Shown piece after piece: positions 7,249-17,209 of a stretch of 64,000 bases of DNA. A program made the position numbers and the translations under genes. Source of the DNA: an uncultured Acidobacteriota bacterium. GTDB lineage: Bacteria > Actinomycetota > Acidimicrobiia > Spongiisociales > ZC4RG35. Numbering within the stretch: position 1 is the stretch's first letter; each line of letters begins with the position of its first letter. The notes under the pieces are model-generated. The model saw only the letters and a list, made by a program, of their open reading frames with translations. It had not been told where the DNA came from and did not search any database. The stretch spans positions 512,001 to 576,000 of the forward strand of contig CAWHEU010000022.1 of NCBI GenBank assembly GCA_963828465.1, read 5' to 3'.

Positions 7249-8646
7249 TTGAGGCGTTTCGAGCTGTTCCTTATCTTTGGCGAGGCGTTCGCCGTCGCCT
7301 GGCCGGCCGTGTTCGGGGTTCGCACCAGGCGAGGAATCGTCGCCGGTCTCTTGCTCGTGCTCTTCATCGTTCACTGGCAGGCGGAGGGGCTGCGTTGGCA
7401 GATGATCCCGGTTTACGGCGCTGCCTTGGGCCTCGCCATCGGCGACATCCTCTCGGTCGAGCGCCGGCTCGATTGGACTCAGCGGATATCCAGGGGAATA
7501 TTCGGGCTTGCCGGGGTAGCGCTGGGCGCGATCCTCCCTCTCGTCTTGCCTGTCCCCGAGTTGCCCGCGCCCACCGGGCCGGAGCCCATTGGGACCATCA
7601 CTTACGAGCTCGTGGATTCGGAACGTGAGGAGACCTATGGGCCGTCACCGGGACCGGGAAGACGTCTGATGGCGCAAGTCTGGTACCCGGCGTTGGACCA
7701 AGGGGAGGTGGACCCGCTCATCTGGAGTGCGGACTGGGACATCGTCGCGCCCGGGGTTTCTGCGTTGATGGGCTTCCCTGGCTGGTTCTTGAGTCACACC
7801 CAATACAGCCTTTCCCATGCCGGCGAGTCGATTCCCGTCGCCCCGGGTACCTACCCAGTGGTCGTGTACAGCCACGGATGGACCGGCTTCCGGACCAATG
7901 TGGTCCATCAGATCGAGAGTCTGGTGAGCAACGGCTTCATCGTGGTTGCCATCGACCACACCTACGGTGCCGTGACTACTCGTTTCCCTGATGGAGAGGT
8001 CATCGACTACGACCCGGCGGCGTTGCCCGACCCGGCCGAAGTGGGGGAGGAGCCCTACCTCGAAGCCACCGAGGCTTTGGTGGATGTCTTCTCCCAGGAC
8101 ATCGCGAGCGTGGCCAATGCACTCGAGGCGGGACCCAACGGGCCCTTTGGAGCCCTTGCTGAAAGCGTGGACCTGACCAGGCTCGGCGTCTACGGCAACG
8201 AAACCGGCGGAGGCGCTGCCGTGCAATTTTGTCTGGAGGACGAGCGATGTGATGCGGTCCTCGGCCTCGATCCATGGGTCGAGCCGATTCCCGATCGGGT
8301 TCTCGCCATCTCGGCGGTACGGCCCGCCCTCTTCATGAGATCGGATGACTGGAGGGGCACCGACAACGACGCCATTCTGCGCGGGATCGCCGAGCGTTCG
8401 ACGTCTACGAGTTATTGGATCGGGGTGGAGGGGGCCGCTGAGACGGACTTCGTCGGGATGCCATTTCTCTCGCCTCTCGGAGCGAGATTCGGATGGAAGG
8501 GGCCGATCCCGGCCGGCCGCATCGTCCCGATCATCGACCGCTATCTGGTCGGATTCTTCGACGTGTACCTCCTCGGCACCGGCTCCGCCGCCCTCGACAC
8601 CTCCGCATTCGAGGAGGTCAGCCTGGAGGTCGTCCTTCCCGACTAG
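7249..8646 (+). CDS. Membrane-anchored PAF-acetylhydrolase-like alpha/beta hydrolase with non-canonical catalytic residues
   Basis: N-terminal TMs with RWQM, PAPTGP..IG, QVWYPA, YSHGWTG, IDHTY; elbow reads GNETGG. Confidence 0.85.
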   Translation: MRRFELFLIFGEAFAVAWPAVFGVRTRRGIVAGLLLVLFIVHWQAEGLRWQMIPVYGAALGLAIGDILSVERRLDWTQRISRGIFGLAGVALGAILPLVLPVPELPAPTGPEPIGTITYELVDSEREETYGPSPGPGRRLMAQVWYPALDQGEVDPLIWSADWDIVAPGVSALMGFPGWFLSHTQYSLSHAGESIPVAPGTYPVVVYSHGWTGFRTNVVHQIESLVSNGFIVVAIDHTYGAVTTRFPDGEVIDYDPAALPDPAEVGEEPYLEATEALVDVFSQDIASVANALEAGPNGPFGALAESVDLTRLGVYGNETGGGAAVQFCLEDERCDAVLGLDPWVEPIPDRVLAISAVRPALFMRSDDWRGTDNDAILRGIAERSTSTSYWIGVEGAAETDFVGMPFLSPLGARFGWKGPIPAGRIVPIIDRYLVGFFDVYLLGTGSAALDTSAFEEVSLEVVLPD

Positions 8647-9242
8647 GCGTCCGGCCGTTGCTGGGTGTCACCCGTGATCTGCTGGCCGGGCTGCTCACCG
8701 TTGCGGATGGAGTCGATCGTCGCCCCGAGGATGAGGGCGTCCGCCTCTCCGATGATCTTCCCCACCACTGTTCCCTCCGGGTCGATGAAGAAGGTCTCCG
8801 GGATCCCGAACACCCCGTAGGCGATGGCGGTTCGGCTGCCCGGATCGGCCAGATACCGGGTCGTACTCGATGCGCCTGCCTCGGCGAGGTAAGAAAGCGA
8901 TTCTGCCGCCGCCTCCTGGTAGGCGACCTGCACGAAGGTGACGTCTTGGTCGTCGAATGACTCGGAGGCGGCCACCAGGTCATCGTGCTCGTCGCGGCAC
9001 TCCAAGCACCACGAGGCGAAGAAGTTGACCACGACTATGTCACCGCGCAGATCAGACAGGGACGTACCTTCTGAGCCGTCGAGTCCGGCAAGCGTGAACT
9101 CGGGCGCGGGCTTTCCGATGAGTGGGGAATCAACAAGGCCGGGATCACTTCCGAACCGGCTCGCCAGCACCACGGCGAGGACGACCGTTACTCCAACGAC
9201 GGCGAGACCTGCCCAGCGCAGGACCCTCCCGGTCAAGGGCAC
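8643..9242 (-). CDS. ccmG: CcmG/DsbE (TlpA-like) thiol-disulfide oxidoreductase
   Basis: SPLIGKPAPEF, NFFASWCLEC, YGVFGIPETFFID; last gene of the ccm operon. Confidence 0.85.
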   Translation of the reverse strand: MPLTGRVLRWAGLAVVGVTVVLAVVLASRFGSDPGLVDSPLIGKPAPEFTLAGLDGSEGTSLSDLRGDIVVVNFFASWCLECRDEHDDLVAASESFDDQDVTFVQVAYQEAAAESLSYLAEAGASSTTRYLADPGSRTAIAYGVFGIPETFFIDPEGTVVGKIIGEADALILGATIDSIRNGEQPGQQITGDTQQRPDA

Positions 9243-10237
9243 TCACCCCCGTCATTTGCCATTCCGAGGTCCGCCTCGATCTGGATCCTGGTCTCGGCGG
9301 CGAGTTCAGGGTCGGCCAGCAGTTCTTCGAAGGTCTCGATCGCCTGGTCGGTTTCCCCTGCCCCGCACCAGAGAACTCGTGCCCTCACGTAGCGGGCAAC
9401 CGATGACGAGGGGTCGATGGCCAGGGCCTCGTCGATGAGACGGGTTGCGGTCTCCACCTCCCCGTTCCCGTCGTACGCCATCCAACCGAGCCGCACCAAT
9501 GCCGTGATTGCCTCAGCGCCGGTGGCGTTGGGGTCCTCTGCCACTACCAGGTAGTGAGGGAACGCGGATCGATAGTCGCCCCCGTCGAAGTACCGCTCGG
9601 CCAGGGCGAGTCGCATCCCGTTGATCTGCGGATCCTCAACGTTGGCGGCGATCACCGCCTCCATGGTTTCGTTGCTGACCTCTGACAGGTCTTGCTCGTC
9701 GATGTCCGCTGCCCCGGCCGCCGCCGCCGGGCGGTCCTGTAGCGAGTTGGCGGCCACAACCACAATCCCGGCAAAGGCCAGGACCAGCACCACACCACCG
9801 ATCACCAGTCGGGTCCGACTCTTCCCGGGTGAAGTGGCCTCGTCGGCTCTCTGGCCAGGATGACGCCGCCACCACAGGATCACTGCAATCCCGACCGCCA
9901 GGGCCACCACGGGCGCGACCCAGAGCACCAGTGTGTTGCCGGAGGCCGGCGGGTCGAGGAGGACTGCCCCGGTGTAAGAGCCCAGGAGCTCGTCGATTAT
10001 CTGCTGGTCGGGCACGCCGGATGAAACCCGCTCAGAAACGAGGTCCATCATGTCCTCAGCCATCTGGGAAGGGGAGTTGGCGATGGACTCTCCCTGGCAC
10101 ACCGGGCACTTGATGCGGGTCCCGATCTGCTCGACCCGGTCCGATGTCGCCGGCTGGGTCGAAGTGAGGAGGAGCAGCACCACCGCCATCACCGCGATGA
10201 CGGCCACCGAGGCGATGTTGCGGGTGCGCTCAGACAT
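9233..10237 (-). CDS. ccmH: CcmH fused to TM and TPR (CcmI-like) domain
   Basis: IKCPVCQGESIANS; C-terminal TPR helices. Confidence 0.88.
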   Translation of the reverse strand: MSERTRNIASVAVIAVMAVVLLLLTSTQPATSDRVEQIGTRIKCPVCQGESIANSPSQMAEDMMDLVSERVSSGVPDQQIIDELLGSYTGAVLLDPPASGNTLVLWVAPVVALAVGIAVILWWRRHPGQRADEATSPGKSRTRLVIGGVVLVLAFAGIVVVAANSLQDRPAAAAGAADIDEQDLSEVSNETMEAVIAANVEDPQINGMRLALAERYFDGGDYRSAFPHYLVVAEDPNATGAEAITALVRLGWMAYDGNGEVETATRLIDEALAIDPSSSVARYVRARVLWCGAGETDQAIETFEELLADPELAAETRIQIEADLGMANDGGECP

Positions 10238-12239
10238 CGGCCAGCACCAGTGGTTCCTCGGCGACCTGATCACGGCGTCTCACTGTCAGCGACCAGAAGC
10301 CGCCCGCGGCTGTCGTCACGCCGCCAAGCCACAGCAGCCAGATCATCGGCGAGGTGTCGAGGCCGAGCTGAACCGTCTCGGCGTCGAGGTTTCGCAGGGT
10401 GAGGTAGAGATCGCCGCTGGGCCGGCTCATCACGGCGGGGGTGATGATGCCGCCCATCTCGGTGTCGTAGAAGTTCGCGCTCGGCTCGAGCACGGTGATG
10501 GTGCGATCGTCACGGCTGACCTCGACTCGAACACCCTGGACGACACGATTGGGCTCTTCGCGGCGGAACGGCGCGTCGTAAGTGAGGGTGTACCCGGCGA
10601 ATTCGACCGATTCGCCAGGCGCCAGTTCCACTTCTGTGTGGAGGGGGAGGTTGGCGGCAAACGCGATGCCAATGGCGACGAGGACGACACCGATATGGCT
10701 GAGTTGGCCGGCCCAGAACGATTGGTCGTTCCCGATGACGGTCCTCGCCTCCTGATGGAGCGAAAGCCCAGATTTGGCCTTGCGGGCGCCGGCGAATTCG
10801 AGGAGCAGCCCGCCGATCGCCGCTGCCACGAAGACGCCGAGGACGATGGCGAGGATCACCCAGGCGACTCGGGTCACGGTCAGGGCAACGACCAAACCCG
10901 AGGTCAGGGCGACGATCGTCGGCCAGCGAAGCCGTCGCCAGAGCAGGCCAGGTGCCGCCCCACGCCACGGCGTGACCGGGCCGAACCCCATCGTCAGGAG
11001 CAACATGAAGGAGAGGGGAACCGCGAGGCGATTGAAGAAAGGCTCGCCCACTCCGACCTGAGTCCCGGTGAACGCCTCGAGCAGGAGGGGGTACGTGGTG
11101 CCGATCAGAACCACGAAGGCGTAGACGGTCAGCAGCAGGTTGTTGACCAGAAAAGTGCCCTCACGGGATACGAATGTCTCGATACGGGGTGACGACGCCA
11201 CCAGGTGAGAACGCATGGCGAAGAGGGTGAACGAGCCGGCCAGCACCAACACCAGGAAGCCGAGGAGCGCCGGCCCGATGGCGGATTGGGTGAATGAGTG
11301 GACGGAGTTGATCGTCCCCGACCGGGTGAGAAAGGTGCCGAGGATGGTGAGAGCGAAGGCGCTGATCACGAGTACGAAGTTCCATGCCTGGAGCATCCCT
11401 CGCCGTTGCTGAACCAACCCGGAGTGGATGAAGGCGGTAGCGGCGAGCCAGGGCATAAGCGAAGCGTTCTCAACGGGGTCCCAGGCCCAGTAACCGCCCC
11501 AGGAAAGGACCTCATACGCCCACCAGCCACCCAACGTGATCCCAAGCGTCAGGAATGACCATGCGACCAGCGTCGAACGGTGGCTTCGACGCAACCACTC
11601 GGGGCCGGGGACCCCGAGGGCAAGTGCCCCGATTGCATAGGCGAATGGCACCGTGAGCCCGACATAGCCGATGTACAGGACCGGCGGATGGACCGCCATG
11701 AGGAAATGGTTCTGAAGGAGCGGGTTCGGGCCCGGCCCGTTGGCAGGTACGTCGGCTGCCGTGAACGGCCACGCGCTCGAAGCTGCGCACCCGGTGGCGA
11801 GAGCGTCCACACACACCTCGAACGGGTTGGCCACGGTGATCATGAGACCGAAGAAGAAGACGCCGACTCCAGCCATCACAGCCACGGCGGCCGATCCCAA
11901 GCGATCGGACGCCTGGCGCACCACTACCCAGGTGAAGACGGCCAGGACCAGGCCCCAGAGGATTATCGAGCCCTCGAGGGCGGCCCAGGCCGTGGCGACG
12001 TCGAAGGGAAATGGGGTGGCGCTGGAGTGGTGGTTGGCGACATAGGCCAGGCTGAAATCGTCGGTCAGCAGGGCGACCTGCATCGCGACCATCGAGATGA
12101 CCGCTCCCGCCAGGACCAGCTTTCCCGGTGTCCGAATGTCCGCCTCCCCGCCTCGTGCGCGGCGGATGCCCCTCACCACGAGAAGGATCGACCCGATCAG
12201 GGCTGCGATCACTCCGGCCGATCCGAGAAAGGCCAGCAT
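10230..12239 (-). CDS. ccmF: Cytochrome c heme lyase CcmF
   Basis: NPLLQ, HPP, WGGYWAWDPVENAS, GTFLTRSG, SVHSF. Confidence 0.97.
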   Translation of the reverse strand: MLAFLGSAGVIAALIGSILLVVRGIRRARGGEADIRTPGKLVLAGAVISMVAMQVALLTDDFSLAYVANHHSSATPFPFDVATAWAALEGSIILWGLVLAVFTWVVVRQASDRLGSAAVAVMAGVGVFFFGLMITVANPFEVCVDALATGCAASSAWPFTAADVPANGPGPNPLLQNHFLMAVHPPVLYIGYVGLTVPFAYAIGALALGVPGPEWLRRSHRSTLVAWSFLTLGITLGGWWAYEVLSWGGYWAWDPVENASLMPWLAATAFIHSGLVQQRRGMLQAWNFVLVISAFALTILGTFLTRSGTINSVHSFTQSAIGPALLGFLVLVLAGSFTLFAMRSHLVASSPRIETFVSREGTFLVNNLLLTVYAFVVLIGTTYPLLLEAFTGTQVGVGEPFFNRLAVPLSFMLLLTMGFGPVTPWRGAAPGLLWRRLRWPTIVALTSGLVVALTVTRVAWVILAIVLGVFVAAAIGGLLLEFAGARKAKSGLSLHQEARTVIGNDQSFWAGQLSHIGVVLVAIGIAFAANLPLHTEVELAPGESVEFAGYTLTYDAPFRREEPNRVVQGVRVEVSRDDRTITVLEPSANFYDTEMGGIITPAVMSRPSGDLYLTLRNLDAETVQLGLDTSPMIWLLWLGGVTTAAGGFWSLTVRRRDQVAEEPLVLADV

Positions 12240-12646
12240 CAACCCTCCGGGTAGCCCCCGCCCTCCTCGGGGACCTCGTAGTTCTCGTCGTGTCGGATCA
12301 GCGCGGAATCGGCCTGGAACGTGTCCCCGGACCACGCACCTTCGAGAAGGAGGGGGACCTCCTCGGCGAAGAGCGACGGCTGGGGGCCGTTGAGGACGAC
12401 CGGGATGTCAGCCCCTCCGTCGGTCACCTCGAAAGAGGTCGACTCGTCGGCTTCCACCACAGTCCCGGCCACGACGATGCCGGCGAGCCGGAACCGCTCG
12501 CCGTCGGGGAAGTCGGCACGCTGGTCCACCGCCTCGGATGGGTAGAGGTAGTAGGTGAGGCTGTCGTTCAGTCCGGTGAATGTGAGGGCGAGCACGATGG
12601 CAATAACCCCCCCGATGCCGAGGTAGACGAATCGGCGGTGACTCAC
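12239..12646 (-). CDS. ccmE: Heme chaperone CcmE
   Basis: N-terminal TM, RLAG.V, RHDENY heme-binding motif. Confidence 0.93.
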   Translation of the reverse strand: MSHRRFVYLGIGGVIAIVLALTFTGLNDSLTYYLYPSEAVDQRADFPDGERFRLAGIVVAGTVVEADESTSFEVTDGGADIPVVLNGPQPSLFAEEVPLLLEGAWSGDTFQADSALIRHDENYEVPEEGGGYPEG

Positions 12647-12648
12647 CG

Positions 12649-12753
12649 TCAGCCCTTGGCTCGCCGATATCGCAGATGGAGACGGGCTGCGTACCAGACG
12701 AAAGCTGCGTAGCAGATGAAGAATGTGCCGAAGACGATGACCTGATCAGACAT
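12649..12753 (-). CDS. ccmD: Small single-TM CcmD-like protein (34 aa), absent from the ORF track
   Basis: MSDQVIVFGTFFICYAAFVWYAARLHLRYRRAKG* between ccmC and ccmE. Confidence 0.65.
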   Translation of the reverse strand: MSDQVIVFGTFFICYAAFVWYAARLHLRYRRAKG

Positions 12754-13456
12754 CCTCGACCTCGGAGAGCAGGGGAGTGGCCACGGCATCGCCTGCTGGG
12801 ACGGTCTCGCCTGACCTCGACTCCTCGGCCTTGGCCACCTCGACTCGGGCTGCGGTCAGCGCGACATAGAGCAGCGTGAAGGCGAGGAAGTTGACCAGCA
12901 GGGCGATCACCATCTCGTCCGGCATCGTGGCCCCGTCGGGCCGGATCGACTGGGTCTGGTGCAGCGAACGGAACAGGTTGACCGAGAAATAGACCAGCGG
13001 CACCTGGACCACGGCAATGGCGCCGAGGATGGCCGAGCGTCTCGCCCTCATGACCGGGTCGGGGGTGGCCCGGCGCAGGGCCAGATAGCCGATGTAGACG
13101 AAGAACATGACCGCGGTCGATGCCATGCGCGGATCGGCCCAGTCCCAGGCCCTGCCCCAGACCGCCTGCCCCCACACCATGCCGGTGAACAGACCGGTCG
13201 CGGTGAACAGGACGCCGGTCTCCACGGATGCCTCGGCGATTCGGTCCCATCGGTCTGTCTTCCGCACCAGCCAGAGGATGGAGGCCAGGGCTGTGACACC
13301 GAACGCTAGGAAGGCGACCCACATCGAGGGGGCGTGGATGTTGACGATCCGGGTGAATTCGCCCTGGAGACGGTCGGTGGGCGATGTGAGCGTGAGATAG
13401 AGGCCCGCAACCATCGCCGCAGCGGCGATCGCCATCAGAATGCGGACTCGTTTCAT
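12746..13456 (-). CDS. ccmC: Heme exporter CcmC
   Basis: HAP, WGQAVWGRAWDWADPR (WWD domain), SLHQ. Confidence 0.93.
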   Translation of the reverse strand: MKRVRILMAIAAAAMVAGLYLTLTSPTDRLQGEFTRIVNIHAPSMWVAFLAFGVTALASILWLVRKTDRWDRIAEASVETGVLFTATGLFTGMVWGQAVWGRAWDWADPRMASTAVMFFVYIGYLALRRATPDPVMRARRSAILGAIAVVQVPLVYFSVNLFRSLHQTQSIRPDGATMPDEMVIALLVNFLAFTLLYVALTAARVEVAKAEESRSGETVPAGDAVATPLLSEVEDV

Positions 13457-14127
13457 CTCGAAGCCTCCTCGAGCGGTCGGGCCAGCGCGACGCCGGCCAC
13501 GGCCAGCGCCAGGTCGGTCGCGACCAGCAGCAACAACCACGGCAGGATACTTGTGTCCCGGGTTAGTGATTCCAGGGTCTGGGAGCCTCCAATAACGAGG
13601 GGGATCGCCAGTGGGGCGACGATGAGGGATGCAAGGACGGTGCGACTCCGCAATCCCGCCGTGACCTCCCCGGCGAGCGTCCCGAGCTCGGTCAGTCCCA
13701 CCGCGGTCAGGAGCACGGCGAGGATGACCGCGCCTGGCCAGCCTGAGGGGAGGCGGGGGCTGTACAGGACGAACGTCGCCACCAGGAGGACAATCATGAA
13801 ACCCAACATGAGCACCGAGCCGGACATGGTCCGACCGACGAATCGGGCGGCCGGATCGACTCCGAGGAGCGCGTAGAGGTCCCTTCTCTCCGGCCGGTCG
13901 TCAGCGGCCTGGCGCAAGGCCACCTGCATCCCGAACAGGACGCCGATCGCCCAGAAGACGGCGGGCCCGAGCTGCGTGATGGCGGAGAGGTCCACGCCGA
14001 GGGCAAGGGGGAATACGAGGAGAGCGATGATGGCGAAAGGCAGGATTATCCGCAGGACGTCGCCCATCCGTCGTTCTACCCGGAGGTCGACGCGGCTGAT
14101 CTCGATGGCCTGGTCCCAGAACGTCAT
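13453..14127 (-). CDS. ccmB: Heme exporter permease CcmB
   Basis: Multi-TM, DLRVE.R, PLAIPLVI; operon position. Confidence 0.85.
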   Translation of the reverse strand: MTFWDQAIEISRVDLRVERRMGDVLRIILPFAIIALLVFPLALGVDLSAITQLGPAVFWAIGVLFGMQVALRQAADDRPERRDLYALLGVDPAARFVGRTMSGSVLMLGFMIVLLVATFVLYSPRLPSGWPGAVILAVLLTAVGLTELGTLAGEVTAGLRSRTVLASLIVAPLAIPLVIGGSQTLESLTRDTSILPWLLLLVATDLALAVAGVALARPLEEASR

Positions 14128-14783
14128 GCCGCCAGCTCCAGACGGCCGGCAGAGATAGCCATCACCCGGCCGGCTCGCTCGGCGAGATGCGCGGCATCGT
14201 GCGAAACCATCACAACCGCGCCGCCGTTCTCGGTAGTTCGGGTGATCAGAGCATCGATCAACTGTTGGGCGTCGACGTCGAGACCCGAAAACGCTTCATC
14301 GAGCAGGAGGAGCCTGGGCCGGGTTATGAGCAGCCTGGCCGCCTCGGTACGACGCAACATGCCGTATGAGCTCTGTTCGACCTTCCGGTCCGCAGCCTCT
14401 GCCAGCCCTACGACCTGCAGGGCGCGCTCGATCCGGGCCGTGTCCCCACCGAACAGACGGGTGGCATGATCCAGATTCTCCCGAAGAGTCAGCTCTCCGA
14501 CCACGGTGGGGATGTGGCCGACGAGGCCGATCTCGCGCCGGATCCCGTAAACCTCGGAGGTGCCGAGCGCCGCCCCCAGAACACGGCCTGTGCCTTGGGC
14601 GGGGGCTGTCAGGGTGGCGAGGAGCCGGAGGAGCGTCGTCTTGCCCGATCCGTTCGGACCGGCGATCCCGAGGACCTCGGCGGTACCCACCGACAGGGTG
14701 AGGTCGCGCAGGATCGTCTGACCACCGAGCGAAACACCTGCATCCTCGAGTTCGACATGGGTGCCCACCCGGTCAAGTCTCAT
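14124..14783 (-). CDS. ccmA: ABC ATPase CcmA (start uncertain)
   Basis: GPNGSGKTT, SYGM, LLLDEAFSGLD, SHD. Confidence 0.88.
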   Translation of the reverse strand: MRLDRVGTHVELEDAGVSLGGQTILRDLTLSVGTAEVLGIAGPNGSGKTTLLRLLATLTAPAQGTGRVLGAALGTSEVYGIRREIGLVGHIPTVVGELTLRENLDHATRLFGGDTARIERALQVVGLAEAADRKVEQSSYGMLRRTEAARLLITRPRLLLLDEAFSGLDVDAQQLIDALITRTTENGGAVVMVSHDAAHLAERAGRVMAISAGRLELAA

Positions 14784-14838
14784 TGGGCACGGGGTCAGAC
14801 TCAAGTTGTCGGAATGCCTCATTAGCTTCAGCGGGGGT

Positions 14839-15543
14839 ATGAGCCAGGAGATCGTCATCGACCCGCGTTTCCGGGGCCCGCCAAACAGCGCCAACGGTGG
14901 ATATGCCTGTGGCGTCGTAGGCGAGGGGATCGACGGTGTCGCCACGGCTACATTGCGTCGCCCCCCACGGCTCGATGTCCCCATGATCCTGATCGAAAAC
15001 GGGCGGCAGGTCCGGCTGATGGACGGCGACGATCTCGTCGGTGAAGCCGTGCCGGACACCCTCGACATAGTCGTCCCAACTGGCCCGGACTTCGACACCG
15101 CGGTGGCGGCATCCAGAAGCTATGCAGGCTTCGAAGCCCACCCGTTCCCGACTTGCTTCGTCTGCGGGCCCGAGCGCGAGCCGGGCGACGGGCTCCGCAT
15201 CTTCCCCGGTCGTCTCGACGGTTCGCCGGTGGTGGCCGCCCCATGGGCACCCGATGAGTCGCTAGTCGGTGCCGAAGGCGTGGTGGAGCGGCGTCATGTC
15301 TGGGCCGCCCTCGATTGCCCGTCATATTTCGGGCTCGAGAACACTCCGATGGCCCTGCTCGGCCGTCTCACGGCGCGGATCGACCGGCTGCCCGAGATCG
15401 GGGAGCGTCTGACCATCATCGGCTGGCCGATGGGCATGGAAGGTCGAAAGCACTTCGCCGGGTCGGCCTTGCTCGATGCTGACGGCGACGAAGTGGCCGT
15501 CGCCGCGGCGACGTGGATCGAGATCGACCGACTACCGCTCTGA
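14839..15543 (+). CDS. Hotdog-fold thioesterase-like protein
   Basis: FRGPPNSANGGY, HPFPTCFVCGP, WAALDCP. Confidence 0.8.
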   Translation: MSQEIVIDPRFRGPPNSANGGYACGVVGEGIDGVATATLRRPPRLDVPMILIENGRQVRLMDGDDLVGEAVPDTLDIVVPTGPDFDTAVAASRSYAGFEAHPFPTCFVCGPEREPGDGLRIFPGRLDGSPVVAAPWAPDESLVGAEGVVERRHVWAALDCPSYFGLENTPMALLGRLTARIDRLPEIGERLTIIGWPMGMEGRKHFAGSALLDADGDEVAVAAATWIEIDRLPL

Positions 15544-17169
15544 GCGGGCTCCAAGACGGACGACGGGCCGAACGGGCAGGGCGAGACTGCCGGTGGCGTC
15601 GATCAGACGCATGGGTGTGGATTTCATCCAGTTCCAGATCAGACGTGCCTCCTCGGCGGTCTCGACAGAGTCCGGGACGTCGTTTCCCGGTTCATCTCCG
15701 ACATCGGGCGTGGGTCGGAGAGGCGGACTCGAGCCGGCACGCCAGGTGCAGACGAGCCGTCCGTGATCCACGACAACGTGGGACCCGTCTTGCCCCTCCA
15801 TCTCGCAGACTCCCAGGCCACCCAGGGCAACCCAGGTTCGGCTGATCTCGATGGCCCGGGCCAGGGCGTCGTGACGGTCCCGCGCCCATCCGGCCTCCTC
15901 GTATCGCTGCTCCGATGAGAGCTGTTCCATCCGCTCGACCAGCGGTTCGAGCACTAGCTCGGATCGGCAGGAGATCCCTTCGACGATCTGGTCGACCACG
16001 TGCTGGTACTCGATCGGATCCAAAGAGCCGTCGCATGGGCAGAGCGCTGCTCCCATCTGGGCGGGTGCGCAGCGCGCCGACCGGGTACCGGGTCGCGAGG
16101 AACAGCGTCTGATCATGGTGGCGTCCCAGAGTGCCGACACCACCAGGTCGGCGGCCGTCTTGGATCGAAAGGGCCCGAGATGGGCCAATGCATTCGTCTT
16201 GAGAGTCCTCACCACAGACAGCCTCGGGAAGGGCTCGGCGGTCAGTTTCACCCAATGTGAGGACTTTGGGGGTCGGGACCGTCGGTTGTAGCGGGGGCGG
16301 TAGGTGTGGATGAGTCGAAGCTCGGTAATCTCCGCTTCCAGGGGCGTGGGGCACACGATGTGGTCGACGGAGTCGAGCTCACGCATGAGGCTGCCGATAG
16401 TCCGCCGCTGGTCTCCATAGAAGTACTGGCGAACCCTCGCCCTGAGATTGGTGGCCTTGCCCACGTAGATGGGCGTGCCATGCCGGTCCCGGAACAGATA
16501 GACGCCCGGTTGACGGGGGAGGGAGTCGGTCAAGGCGATCTTGGAGTAGTGGGCGGAGCCACGGGCACGAGGGAGTTGGAGCAGGTCGTCGAGGTTGGTC
16601 ACACCGAGGCTGCCGGCCCGCTCCAAGAGCCCGTGGAGGACATGAGCGGTGGCACGGGCATCATCGAGTGCGCGGTGGATGGGTGTCACCGGGCTGCGGA
16701 AATGGGCAGCGAGGGTCTGCAGCCGCATATTCCGCACCTCCTCTCTGACCAGCCGACGTCCCAGCCCGGCGGTGTCCACGGTGTCGTTGCTCAACGACGG
16801 ATAGCCGTGCAGAGCCGCCGCCGCGTTGAGAAACGAGATGTCGAAGCGAATGTTGTGGCCCACGATTACCGCGTTGTCGATGAACTCGAGGAAGGTGGGA
16901 AGAGCAGTGCCGATGTCGGGGGCCTCGACCACCATCGCCTCGGTGATGCCGGTCAGGATCGTGATCAACGGCGGGATGGGAAGCCCGGGATCGACCAGGG
17001 TCTGAAAGGTCCCGAGCAACTCACCACCCCGGTACTTGACCGCTCCGATCTCGGTGATGGCGCAATCCCGGGGCGATCCACCGGTTGTCTCCAGGTCCAA
17101 GACGCAGAAGGTGACGTCGAAAAGCGGCGTGGAGAGATCGTCGAAGCTGGGCTGGAGCAGGGCTGACAC
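15532..17169 (-). CDS. DEDD exonuclease fused to GIY-YIG/UvrC-like domain (Rv2191-like)
   Basis: DLETTG, HN..FD, HRALDDA; PGVYLF, YVGKA.NLR.RV. Confidence 0.93.
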   Translation of the reverse strand: MSALLQPSFDDLSTPLFDVTFCVLDLETTGGSPRDCAITEIGAVKYRGGELLGTFQTLVDPGLPIPPLITILTGITEAMVVEAPDIGTALPTFLEFIDNAVIVGHNIRFDISFLNAAAALHGYPSLSNDTVDTAGLGRRLVREEVRNMRLQTLAAHFRSPVTPIHRALDDARATAHVLHGLLERAGSLGVTNLDDLLQLPRARGSAHYSKIALTDSLPRQPGVYLFRDRHGTPIYVGKATNLRARVRQYFYGDQRRTIGSLMRELDSVDHIVCPTPLEAEITELRLIHTYRPRYNRRSRPPKSSHWVKLTAEPFPRLSVVRTLKTNALAHLGPFRSKTAADLVVSALWDATMIRRCSSRPGTRSARCAPAQMGAALCPCDGSLDPIEYQHVVDQIVEGISCRSELVLEPLVERMEQLSSEQRYEEAGWARDRHDALARAIEISRTWVALGGLGVCEMEGQDGSHVVVDHGRLVCTWRAGSSPPLRPTPDVGDEPGNDVPDSVETAEEARLIWNWMKSTPMRLIDATGSLALPVRPVVRLGARSER

Positions 17170-17186
17170 GCCCTCCCGAGGCTAAT

Positions 17187-17200
17187 CGAACATATGTTCG
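17187..17200. promoter_or_regulatory. LexA (SOS) box in the promoter spacer of the DEDD/GIY-YIG gene
   Basis: Perfect palindrome CGAACATATGTTCG between TTGCAC and TAGCCT on the minus strand. Confidence 0.88.
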
Positions 17201-17209
17201 GTGCAAGGA

